Below are positions 31,169-40,782 of a stretch of 64,000 nt of DNA, one piece after another. The translations under genes and the position numbers were made by a program. The DNA lies in NCBI GenBank assembly GCA_963810935.1, contig CAWEPK010000016.1, forward strand, positions 96,001 through 160,000. The letters run 5' to 3'. The stretch comes from an uncultured delta proteobacterium. GTDB taxonomy: Bacteria; Desulfobacterota; Syntrophorhabdia; Syntrophorhabdales; WCHB1-27. The notes below the pieces were generated by a model. It had not been told where the DNA came from and searched no databases. It worked only from the letters and a program-made list of their open reading frames with translations. Each line of letters starts with the position of its first letter. Positions within the stretch are counted from its first letter, which is position 1.

Positions 31169-32503
31169 ATGGGACTCACAGGTATCCAGATATTCAAGCT
31201 TCTTCCCAAGACCAACTGCGGGGAATGCGGTTACCCCACCTGCCTTGCCTTTGCCATGGCGCTCGCTGCCGGCAAGGCCGAGCTGGAAAAATGCCCGACC
31301 CTCCCGGATGCGGCTAAAGAGCAGCTTGGAGAGGCGAGCGCGCCCCCCATCAGGCAACTCACGATAGGGACGGGCGAATACGCAGTGAAGGTCGGCGGAG
31401 AGACGGTCATGTTCCGCCATGAGAAGACCTTCTTTAATAAGCCCGGTCTGGCCGTCCTTATTACCGACGGGATGGACGACGCGGAAGTGGCCCGCAAACT
31501 CGGTAAAATGGCCGAGCTGCAGTACGAGCGCGTCGGCCTCAACCTGAGGCCGGAGCTGGTTGCCGTTAAAGAAGCAGGCAACAAGACCCGCTTCCTGGAA
31601 ATCGTGAAAAAAGTGGCGGCGACGCCATACAGCATTATCCTTATGTCTTTCGACCCGGCCGCCATGAAAGAGGCGCTCGATATCGCCAAGGACAAAAAGC
31701 CGCTCATTTACGCAGCCACCAAGGACAACACGGACGCGATGGGCGCCTTGGCGAAAGAGTACGCCTGCCCCCTGGCAGTCAAGGGTGAGGGCCTGGAGGC
31801 TCTGGCCGCCCTGTCCGAGAAGCTCATCGGTATGGGCGTCAAGGACCTGATTCTCGACTCCGGCACCAGGACCGTGAAGGAAGCCTTCTCCGACCAGATC
31901 ATGATGAGGAGGGCCGCGCTCCAGTCGCGCTTCAAACCCTTGGGCTTCCCGACTATCGCTCTGCCCTGCGAGATGACGGACGACGTAATGAAAGAGACGC
32001 TGATCGCCTCCCTGTTCATCGCAAAATACGGCGCGATCATAGTCCTGTCCGACTTCGCGGGCGAGAACGTTTTCCCGCTCCTCCTGGAAAGGCTCAACAT
32101 TTACACGGACCCGCAGCGCCCGATGACAACGGATCAGGGCATCTACCCCATCAACAACCCGGACGCGTCCTCGCCGGTCCTTGTGACCTGCAACTTCTCG
32201 CTGACGTACTTCATAGTCACCGGTGAGATAGAGAACTCGCGGGTGCCCACGTGGCTCTGCGTTATGGACACGGAAGGCCTCTCGGTCATGACTGCCTGGG
32301 CCGCCGGCAAGTTTGTCGCCGACACGGTCGGACCCTTCATCAAGAAGTCCGGCATCGCGGACAAGGTCAACCATAAGAAGCTGATAATCCCGGGTTACGC
32401 GGCCGGTATCCTGGGCGACCTCGAAGAAGAGCTGCCCGGGTGGGAGATAACGGTCGGCCCGAGGGAAGCGGCGCACTTACCGGCATTTTTGAAGAACAGG
32501 TGA
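31169..32503 (+). CDS. acsC: Corrinoid iron-sulfur protein large subunit (AcsC/CdhE)
   Basis: LPKTNCGECGYPTCLAFA, FRHEK, IYTDPQRP, TAWAAGKF, GPREA. Confidence 0.97.
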   Translation: MGLTGIQIFKLLPKTNCGECGYPTCLAFAMALAAGKAELEKCPTLPDAAKEQLGEASAPPIRQLTIGTGEYAVKVGGETVMFRHEKTFFNKPGLAVLITDGMDDAEVARKLGKMAELQYERVGLNLRPELVAVKEAGNKTRFLEIVKKVAATPYSIILMSFDPAAMKEALDIAKDKKPLIYAATKDNTDAMGALAKEYACPLAVKGEGLEALAALSEKLIGMGVKDLILDSGTRTVKEAFSDQIMMRRAALQSRFKPLGFPTIALPCEMTDDVMKETLIASLFIAKYGAIIVLSDFAGENVFPLLLERLNIYTDPQRPMTTDQGIYPINNPDASSPVLVTCNFSLTYFIVTGEIENSRVPTWLCVMDTEGLSVMTAWAAGKFVADTVGPFIKKSGIADKVNHKKLIIPGYAAGILGDLEEELPGWEITVGPREAAHLPAFLKNR

Positions 32504-32529
32504 AAATACCTAACCGAACGGGAGGAAAC

Positions 32530-33405
32530 ATGCTGATCATTGGTGAGAACCTGAACGTCATAAATAAGAAGATCGGCCAGGCATTCAAGGACAGAGACCC
32601 GAAGCCCATCCAGGAGATGGCCGAGGCGGAGACGAAGGCCGGCGTCGATATCATCGACCTCAATCTCGGTCCCGCGCGCAAGGCAGGCGCCGAGCTGATG
32701 GCGTTCGTCGTCAAGACCGTGCAGGAAGTCACGGACACCACGCTTTGCCTCGATACGACGAACATCGAGGCGATAGAGGCGGGACTCGCGGCCTGTAAGA
32801 ACCGGCCGCTCATAAACTCCATCTCGGCGAGGCCGGAGAGGATGGAGGCGCTGATCCCCATCGCCAAGAAGTACAACGCCCCGTTCATTGCCCTCTGCCT
32901 CGGCGTAGACGGCATACCGCGCGACGCGAACGAGAGGGGTCTCCTTGTCGCGGAGCACCTTGCCAAGGCAGCAGAGTACAGCGTGTCGGAAGAAGACATG
33001 TGGATTGACCCCATAGTCCTTCCGATCAATACACAGCAGATACAGGTGCAGGGCTGCACCGAGTTCATGATGATGCTCGGCGACATCGCCCCGACCTGCA
33101 AGTCGACGTGCGGCCTTTCCAACATCTCGAACGGCGCGCCGGAGCACCTGCGCCCGGTCCTGAACAGGTGCTACGCCATTTTCCTGAAGCGTTACGGCAT
33201 GTACTCGGCCATCGCGGATGCGTTCGACATGGAGCTGCAGGCAATAGCCAAGGGCAAGATGGCCGATATGGAAGCCCTGGTATACAAGGTCATGGACGGC
33301 GAGGCGCTTCCTTCGAGCCTGTCGAAGGAGGAAACGGTCTACGTCAAGACCACACGGGTCCTCCTGGGTCAGACGCTTTACTCCGACTCGTGGCTCGAGC
33401 TTTAA
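32530..33405 (+). CDS. acsE: Methyl-THF:CFeSP methyltransferase (AcsE)
   Basis: Pterin-binding barrel IIGENLN, IDLN, LINSIS, GLSNISNG. SD GGAGG before ATG 32530. Confidence 0.92.
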   Translation: MLIIGENLNVINKKIGQAFKDRDPKPIQEMAEAETKAGVDIIDLNLGPARKAGAELMAFVVKTVQEVTDTTLCLDTTNIEAIEAGLAACKNRPLINSISARPERMEALIPIAKKYNAPFIALCLGVDGIPRDANERGLLVAEHLAKAAEYSVSEEDMWIDPIVLPINTQQIQVQGCTEFMMMLGDIAPTCKSTCGLSNISNGAPEHLRPVLNRCYAIFLKRYGMYSAIADAFDMELQAIAKGKMADMEALVYKVMDGEALPSSLSKEETVYVKTTRVLLGQTLYSDSWLEL

Positions 33406-33414
33406 CGGTGCAAC

Positions 33415-33942
33415 ATGGATGACGCGAGCTTTCTGAAAGAGATAGAGCGGGAGAGCAAAGAGCAGGTGTCGTCCTGCTACCAGTGCTACCGGTGCACGAA
33501 CGGCTGCCCGGTCGTGCAGGAGATGGACATCCTGCCTCATCGGGTTATCCGCTACATAATGCTCGGCGAGAAGGAGAAGGTGCTCTCCTGCAAGACCATC
33601 TGGTCCTGCCTCCAGTGCTACACGTGCAGCGTGCGCTGTCCCAACGATATCCACGTGGGCCATGTGTTCGATACAGCGCGGAAGATCGCGGTCCGGGAAG
33701 GGAAGGCGACGTCCGACGTCTGGACGTTCGACGAGCTTTTCCTCGACAGCGTCAAGAAGCACGGCAGGCTGTATGAGCTGGGGTCCGTCATGTCCTACAA
33801 GATAAAGAAGAAGGATTTCTTCTCCGACACCAAAATGGGCATGGATATGATGAAAAAGGGGAGGATGGGCCTCTTTCCGCACAACATAAAAGACAGGGCC
33901 GGCTTGAAAAAGGCACTGGAGCGCATAGGCCGCAAGGCCTAA
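33415..33942 (+). CDS. hdrC: Heterodisulfide reductase subunit C-like
   Basis: CYQCYRCTNGCP and CLQCYTCSVRCP; GRLYE. Confidence 0.92.
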   Translation: MDDASFLKEIERESKEQVSSCYQCYRCTNGCPVVQEMDILPHRVIRYIMLGEKEKVLSCKTIWSCLQCYTCSVRCPNDIHVGHVFDTARKIAVREGKATSDVWTFDELFLDSVKKHGRLYELGSVMSYKIKKKDFFSDTKMGMDMMKKGRMGLFPHNIKDRAGLKKALERIGRKA

Positions 33943-34040
33943 AGGATGTGTTAGAATATATAGCTTAAGACAAAAGACCTATCGCGGCCGGGTTCGGTCG
34001 AAGGGCAGCGAGACCGGCCGCCAAAACAAGGTGGTTCTAT

Positions 34041-34898
34041 ATGGTGACGCTTACGTACTATCCCGGTTGCTCCCTCAAGACGGGGAGCAAGTTTTACGAG
34101 ACCTCGATCCGGAAGGTGTTCAACAACTACGGCATCGAGCTCAAGGAGCTTAATGACTGGTCATGCTGCGGGGCGTCGGCCGCCCATACAGTCGACGAGG
34201 AGGTCGCCCATGTCCTCGTGGCGCGCAACCTCGCAATCGCCGAGAAGGAAGAGCTGAACTTTTTCGCCCCCTGCTCGGCCTGCTACAGCCGCTCTAAAAT
34301 CACCAACGATACCATACGGAACGACGCCGCCTTGCAGGACGAGGTTAACGGCGCCATCGCGCCCCTTCAATGCACGGGCTCGTTAGAGGTGAAGAACATC
34401 GTCGAGGTGCTCGACGATCACGTGGGCGTCTCGGCCATTGCCGCAAAGCGCCGTTTCGACCTGTCGGGGCTGCGGGTGGTCCCCTATTACGGCTGTGTGC
34501 TTACGCGGCTCATGCGGGTAAAGCCGTACGATGACAGGGAAAACCCGACGAGCATGGACGACCTGATAGAGGCATGCGGCGCGGCCGTCCTGCGCTGGCC
34601 CTTCAAGATGGAATGCTGCGGCGCGTCGAAGACGTTGACCGACAAGGGTATGACGGTCCGCCTTTCGGAACGCATAATGGAAAGAGCGATCAAATCCGGC
34701 GCGGACGCGATAGTAACGCCGTGCCCCCTATGCCAGATGAACCTCGACCTGCTGCCTTCGCTCGGAAGCATAAAACCTGCCATACCTATCCTGTTCCTGT
34801 CTGAGGTTTTCGAGCTTGCCCTATATGGCAGTATGGTGGGCATGGCCTCTCACCTCGTGGCCGCAGACGGGGTACTGAAGAAAATCAAGGAGGTATGA
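34041..34898 (+). CDS. hdrB: Heterodisulfide reductase subunit B-like
   Basis: Two CCG domains: YYPGC..CCG..CSAC and YYGC..CCG..CPLC. Confidence 0.93.
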   Translation: MVTLTYYPGCSLKTGSKFYETSIRKVFNNYGIELKELNDWSCCGASAAHTVDEEVAHVLVARNLAIAEKEELNFFAPCSACYSRSKITNDTIRNDAALQDEVNGAIAPLQCTGSLEVKNIVEVLDDHVGVSAIAAKRRFDLSGLRVVPYYGCVLTRLMRVKPYDDRENPTSMDDLIEACGAAVLRWPFKMECCGASKTLTDKGMTVRLSERIMERAIKSGADAIVTPCPLCQMNLDLLPSLGSIKPAIPILFLSEVFELALYGSMVGMASHLVAADGVLKKIKEV

Positions 34899-34902
34899 GG
34901 CC

Positions 34903-35253
34903 ATGGAGAGGCAAGAGGCCCTCGAATATATCAAGGCCCAGGACCCGGAAAGCGGCGAGCGCCTCAAGCGCTTGATAGAACGGAAGTCCCTGCTCCTTGA
35001 CAAGAACATCTACGGCGAGCGCTTCACGGAGCGCCAGTTCGACATGGTCTTCGACCCGCTTTTGCGCTCTGCCTACGAGAAGGCACGGATACTCGAGCTC
35101 CTGAGCGGCGGGGACCGTACGGTTGCATCGCTGGCGCATGACCTGTCGATGGGCAAGGAACGCGTCTTCAACCACCTGAAGGACCTGATCAAGAAGAACA
35201 TGGTTGAGATCGCCGGTTTCAAAGACAGGCACCCCGTTTTCAAAAAGAGGTAA
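34903..35253 (+). CDS. Small winged-helix-like protein
   Basis: SD AGGAGG. C-terminal RILELL...TVASLAHDLSMGKERVFNHLKDL resembles an ArsR-type wHTH. Translationally coupled to hdrL (TAATG). Confidence 0.75.
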   Translation: MERQEALEYIKAQDPESGERLKRLIERKSLLLDKNIYGERFTERQFDMVFDPLLRSAYEKARILELLSGGDRTVASLAHDLSMGKERVFNHLKDLIKKNMVEIAGFKDRHPVFKKR

Positions 35254-38200
35254 TGAGGATTATGGATAAGGTCGGCAAGGTACTGGTCATCGGCGGCGGC
35301 ATCGGGGGTATGGAAGCTTCCCTCAACCTCGTAGAGGCCGGCTTCAAGGTCTACCTGGTGGACGAGAAGGCGAACATCGGCGGAAAGATGGCGCAGCTCG
35401 ACAAGACGTTCCCGACGAACGACTGCTCCATGTGCATTATGGCCCCGAAGCTGGTCGAGGTGGGCCGTAACGTAAACGTCGAGCTGCTCATGAGCAGCGA
35501 GGTGGTGGCCCTCGATGGCGAGCCGGGTAATTTCACGGCCACGATCAAGAGGCGTCCGCGAAGGATCGTGAAGGAGAAGTGCACTTCGTGCGGACTCTGC
35601 GCGCCTTACTGCCCGCTGGAAGTACCGGCGGACTACAACGAAGGGCTTTCGCGGAGAAGCGGCGCTTTCATCAACTTCCCCCAGGCCATCCCCTCCACTT
35701 ATTCGATAGACCGGGAGATACCGCCCTGCGTCAACAGGTGCCCGATCAACCTTAACGCGCGTGACTACGTCGGCCTTATAGCGGAAGGCCGTTTCCTCGA
35801 AGCCCTCGACGTCATACGGGAAAGGCTGCCGTTCCCGGCTACGATAGGCCGTATCTGCAACCACCCTTGCGAGGATGTTTGCCTGAGGGGCGAGAAGGTC
35901 GATCAGCCGCTTGCCATCTGCGCGCTGAAGCGCTTCGTAGCGGACTACGAAGTAGGGCGGCGCGAGATGCCCCTGCCGGAAGTCGGAGAAGACAAAGGGA
36001 AGAAAGTCGCGGTAGTCGGCGGCGGCCCGTCGGGCATGGAGTGCGCCATCGAGCTGCGGAAGGCGGGTTACGGCGTCACGATTTTCGAAGCCCACGAAAA
36101 ACTGGGCGGCATGCTTTACTGGGGCATCCCCGCGTACCGCCTGCCCAAGGACGTGCTCGACCGCGAGACCGCAATCGTAGGGCGCCTGGGCATAGACGTA
36201 AGGTACAATACCCGCGTCGGCAAGGATATCTCCCTTAAGGACATTAAGGCTTCCTTTGACGCGGTATACGTTGGCTGCGGCGCGCAGGGCGGCCGGAAGA
36301 TCGGCCTTGAGAACGAAGACGCTGAAGGCGTCATGACCGGCGTCGAGTTCCTCCGCCTGTCGAACGAGAAGCAGCCCATCGATGTCCATGGCAAAGTCGT
36401 CGTGGTAGGCGGCGGAAACGTCGCGGTAGACGTTGCCCTGACCGTGCGCCGTATGGGTGCGGCCGAAGTCCACATGGTCTGCCTCGAAAAATCGGAGGAA
36501 ATGCCGGCCAGCAAATGGGAGATCGAGCAGACCATCGAAGAGGGCGTAAAGGTCCATCCTTCGTGGGGGCCTCACACGATAAAGACAGAGAACGGGCACG
36601 TCACGGCGATGGAGTTCAAGCGGTGCACGAGCGTCTTCGATGAGCTGGGCCGGTTCAACCCGTCGTACGACGACAACATAAGGAAGGTCTACGGCGCGGA
36701 CATGGTGATCCTCGCCATCGGCCAGTCGACCGAGACCGAATTCCTGAAAGAGCTGCCGGAAGTGGAGCTTATGCGTGGCGGCTGGATAAAGGCGGACCCC
36801 CTTTCCCTGGAGACCGGGGTTACAGGGGTATTCGCGGGTGGCGACATCGTGACGGGTCCCAAGATGGCTATCGATGCAGTCAGCCAGGGACGCGAGGCCG
36901 CGGAGTCGATTAAGCGCTATCTCGAAGGCAGGGACCTGAAAGAAGGGCGCATGGCGAAGGAGACGGCGCTGGTCGTGGACGTCCCGGAAGATATCCGGCG
37001 GCGGCCGCGCGCGGTTGTCCCTTCGATGCCCGTCGAGGCCAGGAAAGGCTTCGAGGAAGTAGACCTCGCGTTCGACGAGGCTGTTGCGAAGCTGGAAGCC
37101 GAGCGCTGCCTCTCGTGCAGGCGCTGCCTCGGCTGCAAGCTCTGTGAGGAGGCCTGCAAGCCGGGCGCCATCGACTATCTGCAGGGGCCTGAAGAGGTTA
37201 AGGTCAACGTAGGCAGCGTGGTGCTCGCCACGGGCCTTGAAGAATACGACGCGAGCCTTCGGCCGGAGCTTGGCTACGGGATGTACCCGAACGTAGTCAC
37301 GAGCACGGAGTTCGAGAGGATACTCTCGGCCACCGGGCCCACGTCCAGCATGGTAATGCGCCCCTCTGACGGGAAACTTCCCGTAAAGGTGGCGTGGCTC
37401 CAGTGTGTAGGCAGCAGGGACAAGACCAACGAGTACTGCTCGTCCGTCTGCTGCATGTACGCCACGAAAGAGGCGATCATAGCCAGGGAGCACCAGAACG
37501 ACATAGAGCCCACCATTTTCTACATGGACATCCGGGCCTTCGGCAAGGGGTTCGAGCAGTACTACGAGAGGGCGAAACACGAGCACGGTGTACGCTACGT
37601 GAAATCGTCCATATCGCGCATACTGGAAGACCCCGACACATCCGACCTGGAAGTCGTCTACACCGATGAGGACGGACAGCTTAAATCTGAGATTTTCGAC
37701 ATGGCGGTCCTGTCGGTCGGCATGAGGCCCGCACGGAACCTGCCGGCCCTGGCCCGGGCCCTCGGCATCGGCCTCAACGAATACGGTTTCGTCAAGTCGG
37801 CCCCGAGCAACCCCCTGGTCACCACGCGGGAAGGCATCTACGTGAGCGGCGCGTCGGAATCGCCCAAGGATATCCCCGAGACCGTGACGCAGGCATCGGG
37901 CGCAGCGTGCGAGGCCGCCTCCATCATAGCGGAGGCGCGCGGCAAGGACCTCGTAGTGATGCCCTTGCCGGAAGAGCGGGAGGTCGCACAGAGCGACGAG
38001 CCGAGGATCGGCGTCTTTATATGCCACTGCGGCGTCAACATAGGCAGTGTGGTCAACGTGCCGGCCGTGAAGGAATACGCTCGTACGTTGCCCAACGTCG
38101 TCGTCGCGGACGAGAACCTCTTCACCTGCTCGCAGGATACGCAGGAAAAGATGAAGCAGTTCATCCAGGAGCAAAACCTTAATAGAGTGATCGTGGCGTC

Positions 38201-39662
38201 CTGCTCGCCAAGGACGCACGAGTTCCTGTTCCGGACGACCATACGCGAGGCGGGCCTCAACAAGTACCTCTTCGAGATGGCCAATATCCGCGACCAGTGC
38301 TCCTGGGTCCATATGAAAGACAAGGAGAACGCCACCGAAAAGGCGAAAACGCTCGTCAGGATGGCGGTAGCGAACGCCAACTACATCAAGCCCCTCAAAG
38401 AGGTCTCCATAGGCGTCAACAAGACAGCGCTGGTCGTCGGCGGCGGCCTTGCCGGCATGACGGCGGCCCTCAAGTTCGCGCGGCAGAACTTCGAGGTCTA
38501 TCTCGCCGAAAAGACGGCGGAGCTCGGCGGCAACCTGCGCCACATATTCACGACGCTCGACGGCGTTGACGTCAGGGAATTCATGGCGAACCTTACGGAG
38601 CAGGTGGTAAGTCACCCCCTGATACACGTACTGACGGAGACGGAAGTGGTCGAGCATGCCGGCTTCAAGGGTAATTTCGAATCCGGCCTGCGGGACATCA
38701 GGGCGAACAAGGTGACCGCGCTCAAGCACGGCATCGTCGTGGTGGCTACGGGCGGCGAGGAATGGAAGCCAAAAGGCCAGTACGCCTACGGAGAGGACGA
38801 GCGGGTCATGACGCAGATGGAGCTGGAGGCGCTCATTGCCGGCAGCAAGGCGCCAAAGGCCGGCCGCGTTACCATGATCCAGTGCGTAGGGTCGAGGAAC
38901 GACGAGCGGCCTTACTGTAGCCGTGTCTGCTGTTCCAACGCGGTAAAGAACGCCTTGCAGCTCAAGCACGCCTCGCCGGACCTCGACGTGGTTATCCTGT
39001 TCAGAGACATAATGACATACGGTTTCCTGGAGAAGTATTACCTGGCCGCGCGCCGGGCGGGGGTGAGGTTCGTCCGCTACGAGAAGGAGAGGCCGCCGGT
39101 CCTCGCAAAGAGCAACGGCAAGCTGACGCTCACCTGCTACGACCCGGCGATCATGGAAGACGTTACGTTCGATACGGACCGGCTGGTCCTTTCCGCGGCC
39201 ACGATACCCATAGAGAACGAGGCGCTGGCCAACCTCCTCAAAGTCCCGAGGACTGCGGAAGGGTTCTTCCTTGAGGCGCATATGAAGCTGCGCCCGGTCG
39301 ATTTCGCTTCAGACGGCATCTACCTGTGCGGCCTCGCCCATTCGCCCAAGAACATACGGGAGACCATCACGCAGGCGGAGGCGGCCGTCGCCAAGGCGTG
39401 CACGCTCCTGTCCAAGGAGCAGATCCTCGTCGGCGGCGTGGTAGCCGAAGTCCAGGGAGACAAGTGCGCTGCCTGCCTCACGTGCGTCAGGGCATGTCCT
39501 TACGGCGTGCCGGTCATAAACGCCAAGGGCGAGGCGGAGATCGATATCAGTAAGTGCAAAGGGTGCGGGAGCTGTGTGGCCGAATGCCCAGCCAAGGCGA
39601 TAGACCTGATGCACTACCGCGACGTCCAGATAATCGAAAAGTCGGGCGCCTTAGTCTCGTAA
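35253..39662 (+). CDS. hdrA: Large HdrA-like flavoprotein (HdrL type): tandem HdrA modules with inserted GltD/NfnB-like NAD(P)H module
   Basis: GGGIGG, DKTFPTNDCSMC; insert PPCVNRCP..GRICNHPCEDVC..GGGPSG..GGGNVAVD; CVGSRD..YCSSVCCMY; second module CHCG..SCSPRTH..GGGLAG..YCSRVCC; C-terminal ferredoxin. Start may be 35262. Confidence 0.93.
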   Translation: MRIMDKVGKVLVIGGGIGGMEASLNLVEAGFKVYLVDEKANIGGKMAQLDKTFPTNDCSMCIMAPKLVEVGRNVNVELLMSSEVVALDGEPGNFTATIKRRPRRIVKEKCTSCGLCAPYCPLEVPADYNEGLSRRSGAFINFPQAIPSTYSIDREIPPCVNRCPINLNARDYVGLIAEGRFLEALDVIRERLPFPATIGRICNHPCEDVCLRGEKVDQPLAICALKRFVADYEVGRREMPLPEVGEDKGKKVAVVGGGPSGMECAIELRKAGYGVTIFEAHEKLGGMLYWGIPAYRLPKDVLDRETAIVGRLGIDVRYNTRVGKDISLKDIKASFDAVYVGCGAQGGRKIGLENEDAEGVMTGVEFLRLSNEKQPIDVHGKVVVVGGGNVAVDVALTVRRMGAAEVHMVCLEKSEEMPASKWEIEQTIEEGVKVHPSWGPHTIKTENGHVTAMEFKRCTSVFDELGRFNPSYDDNIRKVYGADMVILAIGQSTETEFLKELPEVELMRGGWIKADPLSLETGVTGVFAGGDIVTGPKMAIDAVSQGREAAESIKRYLEGRDLKEGRMAKETALVVDVPEDIRRRPRAVVPSMPVEARKGFEEVDLAFDEAVAKLEAERCLSCRRCLGCKLCEEACKPGAIDYLQGPEEVKVNVGSVVLATGLEEYDASLRPELGYGMYPNVVTSTEFERILSATGPTSSMVMRPSDGKLPVKVAWLQCVGSRDKTNEYCSSVCCMYATKEAIIAREHQNDIEPTIFYMDIRAFGKGFEQYYERAKHEHGVRYVKSSISRILEDPDTSDLEVVYTDEDGQLKSEIFDMAVLSVGMRPARNLPALARALGIGLNEYGFVKSAPSNPLVTTREGIYVSGASESPKDIPETVTQASGAACEAASIIAEARGKDLVVMPLPEEREVAQSDEPRIGVFICHCGVNIGSVVNVPAVKEYARTLPNVVVADENLFTCSQDTQEKMKQFIQEQNLNRVIVASCSPRTHEFLFRTTIREAGLNKYLFEMANIRDQCSWVHMKDKENATEKAKTLVRMAVANANYIKPLKEVSIGVNKTALVVGGGLAGMTAALKFARQNFEVYLAEKTAELGGNLRHIFTTLDGVDVREFMANLTEQVVSHPLIHVLTETEVVEHAGFKGNFESGLRDIRANKVTALKHGIVVVATGGEEWKPKGQYAYGEDERVMTQMELEALIAGSKAPKAGRVTMIQCVGSRNDERPYCSRVCCSNAVKNALQLKHASPDLDVVILFRDIMTYGFLEKYYLAARRAGVRFVRYEKERPPVLAKSNGKLTLTCYDPAIMEDVTFDTDRLVLSAATIPIENEALANLLKVPRTAEGFFLEAHMKLRPVDFASDGIYLCGLAHSPKNIRETITQAEAAVAKACTLLSKEQILVGGVVAEVQGDKCAACLTCVRACPYGVPVINAKGEAEIDISKCKGCGSCVAECPAKAIDLMHYRDVQIIEKSGALVS

Positions 39663-39674
39663 AGGAGGAGCATA

Positions 39675-40100
39675 ATGTCGTTCGAGCCGAATATCATAGC
39701 GTTTTGCTGCGAGTACTGAGCGTACACGGCTGCGGACCTGGCAGGTTCGATGCGATTGACCTATCCGACGAACGTTAAGATCGTCAAGGTGCCATGCACG
39801 GGAAGAGTCGATATCATACACATGCTGAAGGCGTTAGAGAACGGCGCTGACGGCGTTTTTGTAGCGGGCTGTCTCGAGGGGGAATGCCATTTCCTGAAAG
39901 GCAACCTCCGCGCCAAGAAGCGCGTGGCGCGCGTACAGGAGCTACTGAACGAGTGCGGCGTCGGGGGAGACCGCGTAGTGATGTACAACCTTTCCTCCGC
40001 CCAGGGACAGCGGTTTGCCGAGATAGCGCGGGAAATGACCGAGAAAGTGCGGCAGCTCGGCCCGAATCCGGCAAAGAACGGGAAGGCAAGAAAACAGTAA
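39675..40100 (+). CDS. mvhD: MvhD/FlpD [2Fe-2S] subunit, selenoprotein (TGA 39717-39719 = Sec)
   Basis: SD AGGAGGAG, then MSFEPNIIAFCCEY-U-AYTAADLAG in frame with the track ORF at 39750. TGA aligns with the Cys of CNWC in the paralog at 50234. Confidence 0.9.
39732..39753 (+). promoter_or_regulatory. Putative bacterial SECIS of mvhD
   Basis: GGACCT-GGC-AGGTTC stem-loop with a G-first loop about 20 nt after the UGA. Confidence 0.6.
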
Positions 40101-40113
40101 AGAGGGAGATATC

Positions 40114-40782
40114 ATGATTGTAGCGAACAGGAAACCTTTTGAGGAGATCGTGGAGATGTTGAAACCGTACAGCAAGATCGTTCTCCTCGGCTGCAATGAA
40201 TGCGTTACGGTCTGCGCTACAGGCGGGGCCAAAGAGGTGGCCGTGCTCGCTTCCGAGCTGCGCATGCACCGCGAAAAAGAAGGCAATCCCATCGAGATCG
40301 TGGAGCACACGCCGGAGCGGAACTGCGATCCCGAATACGTGGACAGCCTTGGGCCGATGATCGCCGAGGCCCAGGCCGTTCTCTCCATGGCGTGCGGCTG
40401 CGGCATTCAGTTCGTGGGCGAGAAGTACCGCGATAAGCGCGTCCTGCCGGGCGTCAATACGACCTTCTACGGCGTCGCGGAGGAGCAGGGGGTCTGGTCG
40501 GAGCGCTGCCAGGGCTGCGGCAACTGCATCCTCGATAAGACACTCGGCGTTTGCCCCATCGCCCGGTGCGCGAAGAGCCTCTTCAACGGTCCCTGCGGTG
40601 GCTCCCACGGAGGAAAATGCGAAGTGAGCGACGAGATACCCTGCGGCTGGCAGCTTGTCGTTGACCGTTATAAAGAGCTGAACATGCTCGATAAATACAT
40701 GGAGATCCAGCCGCTGAAAGACTGGTCGACGGCCAGGGACGGCGGCCCGAGGAAAAGGGTTAGGGAGGATCTGAAGCTATGA
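40114..40782 (+). CDS. metV: Methylene-THF reductase small Fe-S/Zn subunit MetV
   Basis: GCNECVTVC, RCQGCGNC, CPIARCAKSLFNGPCGG, CGW; overlaps metF. Confidence 0.92.
   Translation: MIVANRKPFEEIVEMLKPYSKIVLLGCNECVTVCATGGAKEVAVLASELRMHREKEGNPIEIVEHTPERNCDPEYVDSLGPMIAEAQAVLSMACGCGIQFVGEKYRDKRVLPGVNTTFYGVAEEQGVWSERCQGCGNCILDKTLGVCPIARCAKSLFNGPCGGSHGGKCEVSDEIPCGWQLVVDRYKELNMLDKYMEIQPLKDWSTARDGGPRKRVREDLKL

Noticed and set aside
35073..39281. 1402-aa antisense ORF, and similar ones such as 15763-17160, 21820-23067, 26821-28218, 57837-59714
   Set aside because: Shadow frames opposite well-supported GC-rich genes; no motifs.
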